A DNA stretch of 33,519 nucleotides. It comes from a virus. Taxonomy: Duplodnaviria; Caudoviricetes. The notes under the pieces are model-generated. The model made no database searches. It was not told the DNA's origin and saw only the letters and a program-made list of their open reading frames with translations. Where the stretch lies: positions 1 through 33,519 of the IMG/VR virus record IMGVR_UViG_3300037802_000064; one strand, 5' to 3'. Of this stretch, positions 18,312 to 27,413 are shown in pieces (positions within the stretch are counted from its first letter, which is position 1; the number at the start of each line of letters is the position of its first letter). A program made the position numbers and the translations under genes.

Positions 18312-18697
18312 GATTTTTCTTTTTTGTATGTTTCAAATATTGTTTTTAATTCTGATGTATATCTCAATAATGGTGAGGATTTACATGAACAAATCTTTTT
18401 ATAATGATGTCCAAAGACTCTTGCATGGATTGTCCCAACTTGAGTTTTTACAACAGCATAAGAGAATTTTTTTGGCTCATCAAAGTATTCATTAAGCCAG
18501 TTATATTCTTTTTCCAACAGACATGATGGTTGATTTCTTTTATATGGGAATGCCTTATTTAAGTAAGATTGCCTCTCAGAGCATCCACAGTCCTCACCAG
18601 CTATCCACTCAACCAGTTTGGAGATGCCTGTTTTTTTGGTGATTTTTGAAATGGTATCACCCAGACCCTCACTTTTATTTTGTTTGTTTTTTGCCAT
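18308..18697 (-). CDS. Cys-containing phage hypothetical protein
   Basis: GLGDTI.KIT..TGI...DCGC.ERQ..LN and CSC motifs. Confidence 0.75.
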   Translation of the reverse strand: MAKNKQNKSEGLGDTISKITKKTGISKLVEWIAGEDCGCSERQSYLNKAFPYKRNQPSCLLEKEYNWLNEYFDEPKKFSYAVVKTQVGTIHARVFGHHYKKICSCKSSPLLRYTSELKTIFETYKKEKS

Positions 18698-18786
18698 TTT
18701 TAAAGTTTTTTATTTGTTTAATTTTTTCATATAGTTCAATATTAACATTGTCCCAATATTTACTCCAGTTATTATCTTTTATTTTT

Positions 18787-19218
18787 TTATTCATTGTTTT
18801 CAAAATTTTGTGTTGGCTCTTTTATCATCATATCCAGATTCTCAATTGCAAATTGTTTAATATCCTCAATGTAATTTATAAATTGTTTATTGTCAATCTC
18901 ATTAAGACTTTTAAATCTTTGAGACATTTTCCCCTCCACATAAACATGCTCAACCATTATTGGTGAATACTGTTTTATAAAATCATGAGTCTGGTCTTTG
19001 TTCAAATTATATCCTAAATCATTCAACCCAATTTTGCATTTTGTGACAACCTCAGCAAAATAATAGGCTCTCAATAATTCTGAATGACTGGATAATTTTG
19101 AGACATGAATTTTAAATTTTGAGGAGGGATTGTCCAAAAAATATTGCAAATATAATTCTTTGTCTGTTGCCTTTGGGATTCCTGTTGGGTCAGTTGTCAT
19201 TGTGAATTCAAAATCCAT
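18787..19218 (-). CDS. NinB-like recombination protein
   Basis: LRAYYF..VV...H.FIK...SL..ID..QF..YIE.I..FA.E.L pattern. Confidence 0.55.
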   Translation of the reverse strand: MDFEFTMTTDPTGIPKATDKELYLQYFLDNPSSKFKIHVSKLSSHSELLRAYYFAEVVTKCKIGLNDLGYNLNKDQTHDFIKQYSPIMVEHVYVEGKMSQRFKSLNEIDNKQFINYIEDIKQFAIENLDMMIKEPTQNFENNE

Positions 19219-19666
19219 ATTTATTTTTTATAAAATCTAACATTAATAATGCATCACAATTCCAGTTGGTCACTTTTTGATTTATGTGGTTTTTGATTGC
19301 ATGTTCTTTCAATTCTTTTTTTCTATCTTTATAAGTTTTACTCTTTATTTTTAGAGGCTTTTGCCAGACTCTTGGGGATAAGTCATGGACTTCAATTTCA
19401 CAGCATTCCAATGCATCTTTTATCCTTTGATAATGCAAACATAATTTATGAATATTTAACCATCTCCCAGTCATGCAATCAATTTTCCTGAGATTTTGAG
19501 TCTCAACATAAGCCACAGCACCAGCATAAAAAATAAATTGGTTAGTCAACTCCTCAAAAGTTTCAGTCAATTTCATTATCTCAACATCATTGGTGAGCAA
19601 ACTTCCAATGGCAACCCCTCCAGATTTGCCACAATCAATTGTTAATATTTTATTTTCTCCTGTCAT
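19208..19666 (-). CDS. RuvC-like Holliday junction resolvase
   Basis: LTIDCGKSGG, AYVE, SPRVWQK, DALLM. Confidence 0.75.
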   Translation of the reverse strand: MTGENKILTIDCGKSGGVAIGSLLTNDVEIMKLTETFEELTNQFIFYAGAVAYVETQNLRKIDCMTGRWLNIHKLCLHYQRIKDALECCEIEVHDLSPRVWQKPLKIKSKTYKDRKKELKEHAIKNHINQKVTNWNCDALLMLDFIKNKYGF

Positions 19667-20369
19667 CTCCTGTCATTACTATCACATTAAACATCTCTTT
19701 TATCCGACTTGACACCCTGTCTCCATATCTGTTTTTTATTTGTGAGAGAGACAAATTTGAGGTGAGAAATGTTGTGATTGCTTTATCAATAAATAAATTA
19801 TATCTCTCCTCAATTAGAGTTTTGAAAACCTCCTCATCTTTGCCATAATGTTTCCCAATGTTTTCAGAGCCAAAGTCATCAAACATAATTCTATGGCTTA
19901 AATGCATTTTAAGAGCCTGTGAGCCTCTTTCATCAAATTCCCTGACCACTTGATTGGCTGTGACTATTTTAAACACTTGAGACTTGATATTTTTAATTAT
20001 CTCTTTATATATTTTTAATATGAGTGTTTTTCCTGTCCCACATTTGCCAACAATCAAAAGTCCTTTTCTGGTTGAGTATTGTGGGAAATGTTTTTGCATG
20101 AGTTCATCATTCTTTGAAAAATAGATATTTAATAATTTGATGACATTCCTGTTGTTGTCATCAATCACAAAATTATTATTTGTCAATGCTGATTTTGACC
20201 AAAATTTGAATCCTCTCTCCATATTCTCAAAAGAGAAACAATCTGGAGGTGGTGGCTTATCTTTTGCAACCTCTTTCCAATATTCCCTCTCAGTGTTGGT
20301 GATTTCAATTTTCAAATCCTCCACATCCATTTTCATGTTTTGTTTGATTATATCTGATATTCTCCCCAT
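19650..20369 (-). CDS. DnaC/IstB-like AAA+ ATPase (helicase loader)
   Basis: GKCGTGKT, MFDDFGSE, TSNL, RYGDRV.SRIKEM; follows the initiator gene. Confidence 0.85.
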   Translation of the reverse strand: MGRISDIIKQNMKMDVEDLKIEITNTEREYWKEVAKDKPPPPDCFSFENMERGFKFWSKSALTNNNFVIDDNNRNVIKLLNIYFSKNDELMQKHFPQYSTRKGLLIVGKCGTGKTLILKIYKEIIKNIKSQVFKIVTANQVVREFDERGSQALKMHLSHRIMFDDFGSENIGKHYGKDEEVFKTLIEERYNLFIDKAITTFLTSNLSLSQIKNRYGDRVSSRIKEMFNVIVMTGDDRRK

Positions 20370-21061
20370 TACACTTTGAATTTTTCCATCTCTCCACTGT
20401 CCTCAAATGTCACTCTGGTGTGTTGATGTTTTGGTTTGTAATTCTTTGACCATGTTGTGAGTCTCCTGTCTATTCCAAAGACTTTCTCTTTCTCAAATCT
20501 CATTTTCCTGTCTTTCTCTCCATGCTCTGTCCAATATTCAATGAATTCATTAAGCATCTCCCTGTTATATTGTGTCCTATTATCAGACACAATCTTTTGT
20601 GCAAAAATGATTTTTCTTTTTTCAATGTCTTTGTCTTTATCTTTGTCTTTATCTTTGTCTTTATCTTTAAGACCTTGAAAGGTGCTTGGATGGTGCTTTG
20701 ATGCACCATATATGATTTTTAATTCCTTATCAATTAAATTATATTTTAATAATTTTTCAATTACTGAGTTTGTGGCTCTGTTGGTTGATTTTAATGTGCC
20801 ATATTGGAATTCAATAAATGAGGGCAAAAACCATTTTTCACCATCATCAAATTCAATTATATGGTCTTTAAAAACTTTTAAAGCCTCAGCCTCATCAATT
20901 GGACATCCAATTCTTATGGATGCCACCTCAAAATCTGAGTGCCAAATTCCAGCATGGTCGCAATCATCAAGGATATAAAACCAGAGAAGTTTGTGAGAGG
21001 CTTTCAATCCCCTCACAAATTTTTTTCTCCATTTGTCTGTGTCTGTGAATCTTTTTGCCAT
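20369..21061 (-). CDS. Replication initiator / replisome organiser
   Basis: MAKRFTDTDKW N-terminal domain, (KD)7 linker, EFIEYWTE...RRLTTW C-domain; upstream of DnaC-like gene. Confidence 0.75.
   Translation of the reverse strand: MAKRFTDTDKWRKKFVRGLKASHKLLWFYILDDCDHAGIWHSDFEVASIRIGCPIDEAEALKVFKDHIIEFDDGEKWFLPSFIEFQYGTLKSTNRATNSVIEKLLKYNLIDKELKIIYGASKHHPSTFQGLKDKDKDKDKDKDKDIEKRKIIFAQKIVSDNRTQYNREMLNEFIEYWTEHGEKDRKMRFEKEKVFGIDRRLTTWSKNYKPKHQHTRVTFEDSGEMEKFKV
20627..20668. repeat. (RTCTTT)7 tandem repeat encoding the (KD)7 linker
   Basis: Seven hexamers read directly. Confidence 0.9.
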
Positions 21062-21062
21062 C

Positions 21063-21500
21063 TTAATGATTTTTATTTATATTCATTTTGATGGACAGAG
21101 TGTCTTTTGTGAATGAGACTTCTGGGAGTTCCAAAACTTCACCATCATTTGTGACCATAGTCAATCCATTTTGGGAATTTTTAAACGCTGTTTTGTATTT
21201 GTCCTCAATTGATTTGAGATTGTCTTTGGATTGCTTCCAGTCTTTTAATTTCTTAAAATTCCAAATTGTCCTCCCTGACATTTTTGTGAATTGATGGTCT
21301 CCTTTTATAAAAGTTTTATCCTCATATTGAGACTCATGGAGAGCCACTTCCATGACTTGTTTTTGTGCATCTTTTATAAATACATCTATTTCTTTTAAAT
21401 GAGAAAGAGCCTCAAAGGGAGACTCAATTCCCTCCTCCACATTATCCACCAACTTGCAGAGCTGGTCAATCATGGATTTGATTGTTGAATTGTTTGTCAT
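21063..21500 (-). CDS. Hypothetical protein (replication/recombination module)
   Basis: 145 aa ORF after a promoter. Confidence 0.75.
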   Translation of the reverse strand: MTNNSTIKSMIDQLCKLVDNVEEGIESPFEALSHLKEIDVFIKDAQKQVMEVALHESQYEDKTFIKGDHQFTKMSGRTIWNFKKLKDWKQSKDNLKSIEDKYKTAFKNSQNGLTMVTNDGEVLELPEVSFTKDTLSIKMNINKNH

Positions 21501-21537
21501 TGTTTTGATTTTTATTGTTTGTTAATGTTTGTTATTG

Positions 21538-21568
21538 CAAATATATATATTTTTTTGAATATCTCCAC
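21538..21568 (-). promoter_or_regulatory. Bacteroidota-type promoter of the replication operon
   Basis: TATATTTG -7 element directly downstream of a terminator. Confidence 0.65.
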
Positions 21569-21588
21569 ACTGTTTGAAGTAAGAAAAT

Positions 21589-21624
21589 AAAAAAGGAGGA
21601 TGGACATGACTCACCCTCCCTTTT
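21589..21624 (-). terminator. Rho-independent terminator
   Basis: GGGAGGGTG...CATCCTCCT plus U-run. Confidence 0.75.
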
Positions 21625-21686
21625 GTTCAAACAACTGGATGAAGTGATATTCATCCACAAATCAAAGTCATTTTCATGACCTTGCA
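21589..21686 (-). ncRNA. Candidate three-hairpin small RNA or structured 3' UTR
   Basis: GAAA-tetraloop stem, 8-bp stem and terminator downstream of tandem TAnnTTTG elements (21685-21700). Confidence 0.4.
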
Positions 21687-21697
21687 AATATACAAAA

Positions 21698-22237
21698 TTA
21701 AAATGGTAGGTCATCAGTTGTTTTTTCAAAAACATTCTCATTGTTTTGTTTAATTGGCTCAGGTCGTGAATTTACAATTGTTTTGGTTTGGTCAATTGAA
21801 GTCCCAGCCACAACCCATTGTGCTAAATAACCAGCCAAATTTGTCACATCCTCATATTTGATTTTTGTGCTGTTGTGTGTTAAAATCTCAACAGCTCTTT
21901 GGAGGCTGGATTGTCGGCAAATCATCAATTGAGTGTCTGGGTCATTCTTAGACTTTGCAAATGAGTTGTTGTTGCTGTTTGGAGTCCATCTCTTTGACCC
22001 AGCTATCATTGGTTTTCTTATCTTTGGATATTCTGGTCTGGATTGGTCAAACTCATACTCAATCTCTGACCCAATTGTAAATGGGAGAGATTCAATGGTT
22101 GTGTAATTTTTAGAGGCATACTCACCCCCTTGACCATTTTCCAATTGAATGTCCCAATTGTAAAAAAGACCATGTTGTGTTTCAAATGTGCCACTCCCTT
22201 GAATGTTTGTGACTTTTGCTTTTTGGATTTGATTCAT
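21698..22237 (-). CDS. Putative single-stranded DNA-binding protein
   Basis: Beta-rich N-terminus, Asn-rich linker, C-terminal DDLPF. Confidence 0.6.
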   Translation of the reverse strand: MNQIQKAKVTNIQGSGTFETQHGLFYNWDIQLENGQGGEYASKNYTTIESLPFTIGSEIEYEFDQSRPEYPKIRKPMIAGSKRWTPNSNNNSFAKSKNDPDTQLMICRQSSLQRAVEILTHNSTKIKYEDVTNLAGYLAQWVVAGTSIDQTKTIVNSRPEPIKQNNENVFEKTTDDLPF

Positions 22238-22491
22238 TTTATTTGTTTTTTAGGTTTATAATTTAAGAGAAAATTTGGCTCAACTTTTAGAATTTTACAG
22301 GCTCTCACAATTACATCTGGACTGAATTGACCAAATGCATGTCCATTTAGTGCCATGTTTACATGATACAATGCTGTGCTGGGATTGTGATGTGGGAATA
22401 ATCTCATGGCAAACTCCTTTTGACTCATGAATTTTCCTGTGTCAATTTTCCGTTCTTTCATTGCCTCTTTAAGTTTAAAATGTTTATTCAT
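22234..22491 (-). CDS. XRE/Cro-like HTH transcriptional regulator
   Basis: MSQKEFAMRL...ACKILKVEPNFLL; two operator-like repeats upstream. Confidence 0.6.
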   Translation of the reverse strand: MNKHFKLKEAMKERKIDTGKFMSQKEFAMRLFPHHNPSTALYHVNMALNGHAFGQFSPDVIVRACKILKVEPNFLLNYKPKKQIK

Positions 22492-22514
22492 AATTTTTGA
22501 TTTTTTTGATTTTT

Positions 22515-22567
22515 CAAATATAATACTTTTTTTGATTATTCCAAAAGTTTGTTTTTGATTATTCCAA
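22515..22567 (-). promoter_or_regulatory. Promoter with two direct-repeat operator-like sites
   Basis: TTTG-N19-TATATTTG; TTTGATTATTCCAA at 22531 and 22554. Confidence 0.7.
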
Positions 22568-22802
22568 AATGAGATGGCAAAAACTCCAATTTGTCCCAGT
22601 CATAAGACTCAACAATATAATCTTGAGAGTTGACAAAGAATTTTCCTGTGTTTGTATAGTTCACATCTCTAAACATTTTGATTGTGTTTCTGGTGATGAC
22701 ATCTCTCTCAATATAAGAATTGACCTCAAAGAGATTTGATAAAATTTGCCACTCCTCATCATTATCAATAAGTTTGACTCTATATTGTTTAATTGCTCTC
22801 AT
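22536..22802 (-). CDS. Hypothetical protein
   Basis: Likely start MRAIKQY at 22802. Confidence 0.6.
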   Translation of the reverse strand: MRAIKQYRVKLIDNDEEWQILSNLFEVNSYIERDVITRNTIKMFRDVNYTNTGKFFVNSQDYIVESYDWDKLEFLPSHFGIIKNKLLE

Positions 22803-22803
22803 T

Positions 22804-23079
22804 TTAAAATAATTTTGATTGACAAAAAATTGGCTGTGGCTCATGATATTTATATTTTGCAATTGTTGTTGTCCTCCCAAATCTGTTTGTGACTTTTTGT
22901 GGGATTGATTCAATTTCAAAACCCTCATCCCTCAAATTGAAAATGATTGCTGACAGTCTTGTTGCTCCATAATGTTTGATTGCCTCCCATGATGTGATGG
23001 TTTTATTTTCTTTTAAATGCCATTTTACAGCATCATGCTGAGTCTTAACCTCATTGTGTTTTATATCTATTTTTTTCAT
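22804..23079 (-). CDS. Winged HTH domain protein
   Basis: HL....TITSWEA...YG.TRLSA.IFNLR..G.EI. Confidence 0.8.
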   Translation of the reverse strand: MKKIDIKHNEVKTQHDAVKWHLKENKTITSWEAIKHYGATRLSAIIFNLRDEGFEIESIPQKVTNRFGRTTTIAKYKYHEPQPIFCQSKLF

Positions 23080-23230
23080 GTTGTTTGATTTTGGTAATTA
23101 AAAAATCCTTGTTTGAATATGTGGCATAAGGTTGCCACCACTTAATCTCTTTTTTTATATAGTCATTGACTTGTTTTTTTGTCTTAAAACAGACAACCTC
23201 CTCATCAATGAAATTCAATACTTTATACAT
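23051..23230 (-). CDS. Small hypothetical protein (59 aa)
   Basis: MYKVLNFIDEEVVCFKTKKQV...; fills the gap between neighbours; below track cutoff. Confidence 0.6.
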   Translation of the reverse strand: MYKVLNFIDEEVVCFKTKKQVNDYIKKEIKWWQPYATYSNKDFLITKIKQHEKNRYKTQ

Positions 23231-23453
23231 TATATATGAATTTAATTTTTATTTCATTAAATGGAATCTCTTTGATGTCCATCTCTTGACTTTCAGCCAG
23301 ATTTGGTCTGATTTGTCTCCTCATCTCATTTTTCATGTGTGCAATTCCTTTCAATTTACATTGTTGTGTCAATGCCAATCCCTCTCCATTTGACAAATGA
23401 TGCTCATGATTTATGAGACCAAAATTGACCTCAATTGATTTGATTGTTTTCAT
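23223..23453 (-). CDS. Hypothetical protein
   Basis: 76 aa, A-rich leader, MKT start. Confidence 0.65.
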   Translation of the reverse strand: MKTIKSIEVNFGLINHEHHLSNGEGLALTQQCKLKGIAHMKNEMRRQIRPNLAESQEMDIKEIPFNEIKIKFIYNV

Positions 23454-23534
23454 TGTTTTATTATTAAGTAAATTATAATTATTAAATTAATCAAGAGACT
23501 AACCACAGCCAGTCTCAATGCATCTGTTGACCTT

Positions 23535-23843
23535 TTAGAGTGTCTCATTGCCATCACATTTTTCCATTGATATTTGTTGAGCAAAATCCATGTCATCATC
23601 TATCCATAAGAATGCCTCCAAAATTGAATCTCTCTCACAACACCAGCTAAAATCTGGAGAGTTAAAAGATTTATTCATGGTCTTGAATATATCCACATCC
23701 AAACTCCCTTTGTATTGAATGATAATATATAAATCATGACTTTCATGCTCTAAAAATGACAGTATTTTCCCCCCCTCCATTAAAACTGAATTTAATGAAT
23801 TTAGATTGTAAGCAATTTTGATTTTTTCTGGATTTGTTTTCAT
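23535..23843 (-). CDS. Hypothetical protein (first gene of early region)
   Basis: 102 aa downstream of a promoter. Confidence 0.65.
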   Translation of the reverse strand: MKTNPEKIKIAYNLNSLNSVLMEGGKILSFLEHESHDLYIIIQYKGSLDVDIFKTMNKSFNSPDFSWCCERDSILEAFLWIDDDMDFAQQISMEKCDGNETL

Positions 23844-23862
23844 AAGTTGATTTTTTTATTTG

Positions 23863-23905
23863 TTTGAATATGCCAAAATTAAATATATAAATTTAATTGA
23901 CCAAA
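23863..23905 (-). promoter_or_regulatory. Bacteroidota-type early promoter
   Basis: TTTG-N20-TAATTTTG; operator-like TTTGAATATGCCAA overlaps the expected start site. Confidence 0.65.
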
Positions 23906-23938
23906 TAAAAAACCACTTATTTTTGATATTTTACATTT

Positions 23939-24385
23939 TTACAGAGGTAAAAACTTTTTTATTTTTTGAAAAATCATTCCCAATGTAAAGAGAACAATTA
24001 AAAATATTATCCATTGATTGTTTTTTTCCCACCATGTCAGCTCCTTAATCACAACTCTCTCAACCTCAATTGGAATTTCAGTCTGATAAAAGATTGTGTC
24101 TGTTTTAACCAACACATCATGATAAATGTTTTTTGTGATAGTGTCATAAAAATATTTGAGAGTCAATTTCTCTGAGTTAATGACTGTGATTGTGTCGCTG
24201 TGAAAAAATTGAGTGATTGTGTCAATGGATGAGGACTCAACAAATATGGTGTCATGCACCTCAACAATCATTGTGTCTCTTTCCATCAATTCTGGATGAT
24301 GTTGGATGAGTCTTTGGAGTCTCTTTTGAGGTGAACAACTAAACATCAAAAGGAGGAGGATGGAATATGTCAGAAATCTCCTCAT
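23939..24385 (-). CDS. Lipoprotein with C-terminal TM helix; unimolecular-spanin-like
   Basis: Start MRRFLTYSILLLLMFSC (lipobox-like); C-terminal WIIFLIVLFTLGMIF; after amidase and holin. Confidence 0.6.
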   Translation of the reverse strand: MRRFLTYSILLLLMFSCSPQKRLQRLIQHHPELMERDTMIVEVHDTIFVESSSIDTITQFFHSDTITVINSEKLTLKYFYDTITKNIYHDVLVKTDTIFYQTEIPIEVERVVIKELTWWEKNNQWIIFLIVLFTLGMIFQKIKKFLPL

Positions 24386-24386
24386 T

Positions 24387-24611
24387 TTATTTGATTTTGT
24401 TTTCAAATGCTTTTTGTGTGACTTTCCCTCCTGTCCCAATTCCAATCATTGTGAGAATCAATGTCTCATGCATGTCAAATGATGGCACATACATTGTGAA
24501 AATCACTTCTGTTAGTGCTATAATTAGAGCCACAGCAATGACAACAGTCATGATGACTCTTGTCCAACTAAGTTGACCCACACTCTCCTCAAATATTGTT
24601 TGTAAATCCAT
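24387..24611 (-). CDS. Putative holin
   Basis: 74 aa, two hydrophobic segments, adjacent to the amidase. Confidence 0.65.
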   Translation of the reverse strand: MDLQTIFEESVGQLSWTRVIMTVVIAVALIIALTEVIFTMYVPSFDMHETLILTMIGIGTGGKVTQKAFENKIK

Positions 24612-24614
24612 TTT

Positions 24615-25292
24615 TTATCCTATTAATTTTAATTTTTCAACCTCTTGAATCATCTCATAATGAATTTTTGCAATTCTGTCTCTCCCATCCTCACTCAATA
24701 ATATTTTACATTCTTTTTTATTAGTCATAAAAAAATTCTCTGACAAAATTGCACTCATTGTTGTGTTTTTCAATACCCAAAAATTTGCCTCTTTGTCAAC
24801 ATCTCCATCACTCCTGTCCATTCTCATTTTATGAGTTGGGAATTCCTTTTTTGCTTTCTCAAATAAAACAGTTGCAATCATGTCAGATTTTGTTTCACCT
24901 TTTGATGTATAAACACCCCAGCCATTTGCTTTCTCTTTTGTGAATCCATTTGCATGGATTGAAATATAAACACATTTTTTGCCATCATTCTGGATTTGCT
25001 TTCTTTGGATGTCATTTGCATTGTCAGTCCTCCATCTCAATGATTTGTCAATCTCTGTGTCAACCAAATCAACACATGAAATCCCAGCATCATCACACAG
25101 TCTCATCAATCTTTTGACAATTGCTCTGTTGAATTCACCCTCAAATAATTGAGTCCCATCATCCCACTTTGGAGACCTCTTTCCACTGGTTTGATAAACA
25201 CCATCAATGATGCCTCCATGTCCATTGTCAAAAATCCACAGATAGTTGCTTTCTCTGGCTGTAAAATCTTGATGACAAAAAGGACACTTCAT
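24615..25292 (-). CDS. N-acetylmuramoyl-L-alanine amidase (Amidase_3) endolysin
   Basis: DNGHGG, E, SIHAN, AILSENFFMTN. Confidence 0.92.
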   Translation of the reverse strand: MKCPFCHQDFTARESNYLWIFDNGHGGIIDGVYQTSGKRSPKWDDGTQLFEGEFNRAIVKRLMRLCDDAGISCVDLVDTEIDKSLRWRTDNANDIQRKQIQNDGKKCVYISIHANGFTKEKANGWGVYTSKGETKSDMIATVLFEKAKKEFPTHKMRMDRSDGDVDKEANFWVLKNTTMSAILSENFFMTNKKECKILLSEDGRDRIAKIHYEMIQEVEKLKLIG

Positions 25293-25296
25293 TTTT

Positions 25297-26214
25297 TTAT
25301 TTTACATTCCTTTTTACTTTTTTCCTTGTCCGACTTTCAAAGGTGATTTCTTTGAATGTTTCTGTTGATTCCACAAAATAGTTTGAATCTGACTGTGTTG
25401 GAATTACATCAATATTCCATAAATTATATGCATTTTTGAGATTATAATCATCAATAAAAATTTCATTGGACAATAAAATGTCATTGAAAATTGTTTTTTG
25501 ACATTCAGCAATAAAATCAGTTTGCAAGGTATATTCTTTCCACAATTTATCCTGTATTTGTGTGACATCTCTGTTGCTGTCCAAATAACTGTCAGACTCC
25601 AATTTGTCCTGTGGATAACCAAAGAATCCATCCATCCTCCAGCATTGCTCCAAATTCATTCCAGTATAATCAAAAGAATCAAGGATGTGTCCATTTTGAA
25701 TTGTTCTGATTCTGATTGTCTTATCAGCCAATGAGTCTGAATATGTCAAAAGCAAATATGAGCATGAACATAAGGTGATAAATGCTGACCCCCCTAATGA
25801 GACATTATATTCAACAGAATAATTCCCAACCCCATGAGCATTCCAAACACTTTGCCAGTCTAATTTGTAGCCAGTATATAAAGACTGTTGAGTTGTGAAT
25901 CCAGATGCAACATCCCAAAATCCTTTGGGATAATACTCACCAAATGAATCATCATTCAAATCTTCTATTTTTCTACAATCTTTTAAAAGATTAAAACTGA
26001 CATCAAAAATCCCAGCATCCAGCATGAATGTTGAAAAATCATTGTGTAGATAATTGTCAGTATCATCAGCAAACACCTTGATGACATCTGGACATCCCTC
26101 ACCTCCAAAGATGTCCTCTGGAATTGAGCTGGAGATGACATCAAAATCCTCTCTGTGTGCTAACACAGACAAATCCATCAATGTCCCTCCAGATAATATC
26201 TCAATAATTGCCAT
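25297..26214 (-). CDS. Putative virion structural protein
   Basis: 305 aa acidic protein in tail module. Confidence 0.55.
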   Translation of the reverse strand: MAIIEILSGGTLMDLSVLAHREDFDVISSSIPEDIFGGEGCPDVIKVFADDTDNYLHNDFSTFMLDAGIFDVSFNLLKDCRKIEDLNDDSFGEYYPKGFWDVASGFTTQQSLYTGYKLDWQSVWNAHGVGNYSVEYNVSLGGSAFITLCSCSYLLLTYSDSLADKTIRIRTIQNGHILDSFDYTGMNLEQCWRMDGFFGYPQDKLESDSYLDSNRDVTQIQDKLWKEYTLQTDFIAECQKTIFNDILLSNEIFIDDYNLKNAYNLWNIDVIPTQSDSNYFVESTETFKEITFESRTRKKVKRNVK

Positions 26215-26222
26215 TTTGTTTT

Positions 26223-26789
26223 TTATATTTCTGTCAATGCCACCTCAAAATCCAAAGACCATTCCTTTGGCTTGTCTGGGTATTCATTATACTCACCAAA
26301 TAGGATGTCAGATTTTTCCAATTGATAGTCTCTTGTTTCCTTATAGGTCTCCTCTGCTAAAACTAATTTTGGAGCTGTTGGGTCAGCAATATAATCAGCA
26401 CCAGCCACCTCAAAATCTGTGTCCAATGGCTCTTTCTCTTTTATGACCTCATCTCTCAATGGTTTCTCTTTGCCATCAACAATGTTTTGTTCATCTGACA
26501 CTCCTGTCCATTTTGCCAAATATATTTCTTTGACTTTTGCATAAGTCACAGCCTTTGCCTGTATATTATCTGAATAATCATCAAAGATTTCCACATAATC
26601 AGAGCCATCATAAACAAACTCATCCACAAACACAATCCGACTGGATGAGTGTGAATCATATTTGGTTGAAAAAAAAGCCACTTGGACTTTTGCAAGTCTG
26701 TTGATTGAGTCATCAGTCAATTTGATGATTTTTGCATATCCGTTGATATAATTTGTTGTATTGTTTCTAAATGTTATTTCTAAAGCCAT
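26223..26789 (-). CDS. Hypothetical tail-module protein
   Basis: 188 aa ORF. Confidence 0.6.
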   Translation of the reverse strand: MALEITFRNNTTNYINGYAKIIKLTDDSINRLAKVQVAFFSTKYDSHSSSRIVFVDEFVYDGSDYVEIFDDYSDNIQAKAVTYAKVKEIYLAKWTGVSDEQNIVDGKEKPLRDEVIKEKEPLDTDFEVAGADYIADPTAPKLVLAEETYKETRDYQLEKSDILFGEYNEYPDKPKEWSLDFEVALTEI

Positions 26790-26825
26790 TTTTTTTGTTT
26801 TTATTTGTTATTTATATATATTAAT

Positions 26826-27392
26826 TTAGTATCTCTCAGTAGTTTGGACTTGACATTTAAGCAAACCTCCACCAGCCACAACCATTCCAGCCTCCAAACA
26901 AATTGCCATGTGTCCATTGCCTGATGACCTCTCCTTTGCTTGTCCATCCTCAGCACTTGGACTGCCATCATGGACAAGAAAAGTTCCAATTGTATATGGA
27001 TTTGAATCATCTGAGCATAAGACATCCCAGATTCCAGCATAAGCAATCACACAAAATTCAGCACCATCATCATGAGTCCAAACACTCACACCAATGATTT
27101 CATTTGTGGCTGATGTTGTTGCCACCTCACATGATGTCGTTGTTGATGTGTCTGGGACAACCAATTCACCTTTGAGAATTGTTATGGCTGGTTTTCTCAT
27201 CAACATTGTCTCACCAACCACCCACCACAATTCAACATCACTCCATGTCCAAACTTTGTTCAATGTTGTATCATACCAATTTGACCCAACTGTCATGTCA
27301 GTATAATTCAACATCTCAGTTGTTGTGCCTTGTTGCATGGTGGCATATTTTGACCTCCCATCTTGACTTGAAAATTCCATTAAATCTCCCAT
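26826..27392 (-). CDS. Putative fibre/decoration-like structural protein
   Basis: WYDTTLNKVWTW fibre-like motif; KGELV...IIGVS beta-rich C-terminal domain. Confidence 0.55.
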   Translation of the reverse strand: MGDLMEFSSQDGRSKYATMQQGTTTEMLNYTDMTVGSNWYDTTLNKVWTWSDVELWWVVGETMLMRKPAITILKGELVVPDTSTTTSCEVATTSATNEIIGVSVWTHDDGAEFCVIAYAGIWDVLCSDDSNPYTIGTFLVHDGSPSAEDGQAKERSSGNGHMAICLEAGMVVAGGGLLKCQVQTTERY

Positions 27393-27413
27393 TTTCTTTG
27401 TTTTTATTTTATT

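Noticed and set aside
18675-18794. 39-aa minus-strand ORF in a gap
   Set aside because: Short and low complexity; possible but not supportable
20627-20668. CRISPR-like array or phase-variable tract
   Set aside because: In-frame hexamer repeat encoding a KD linker; no spacers
21532-21741. Minus-strand 69-aa ORF
   Set aside because: Crosses a terminator and two promoters; probably spurious
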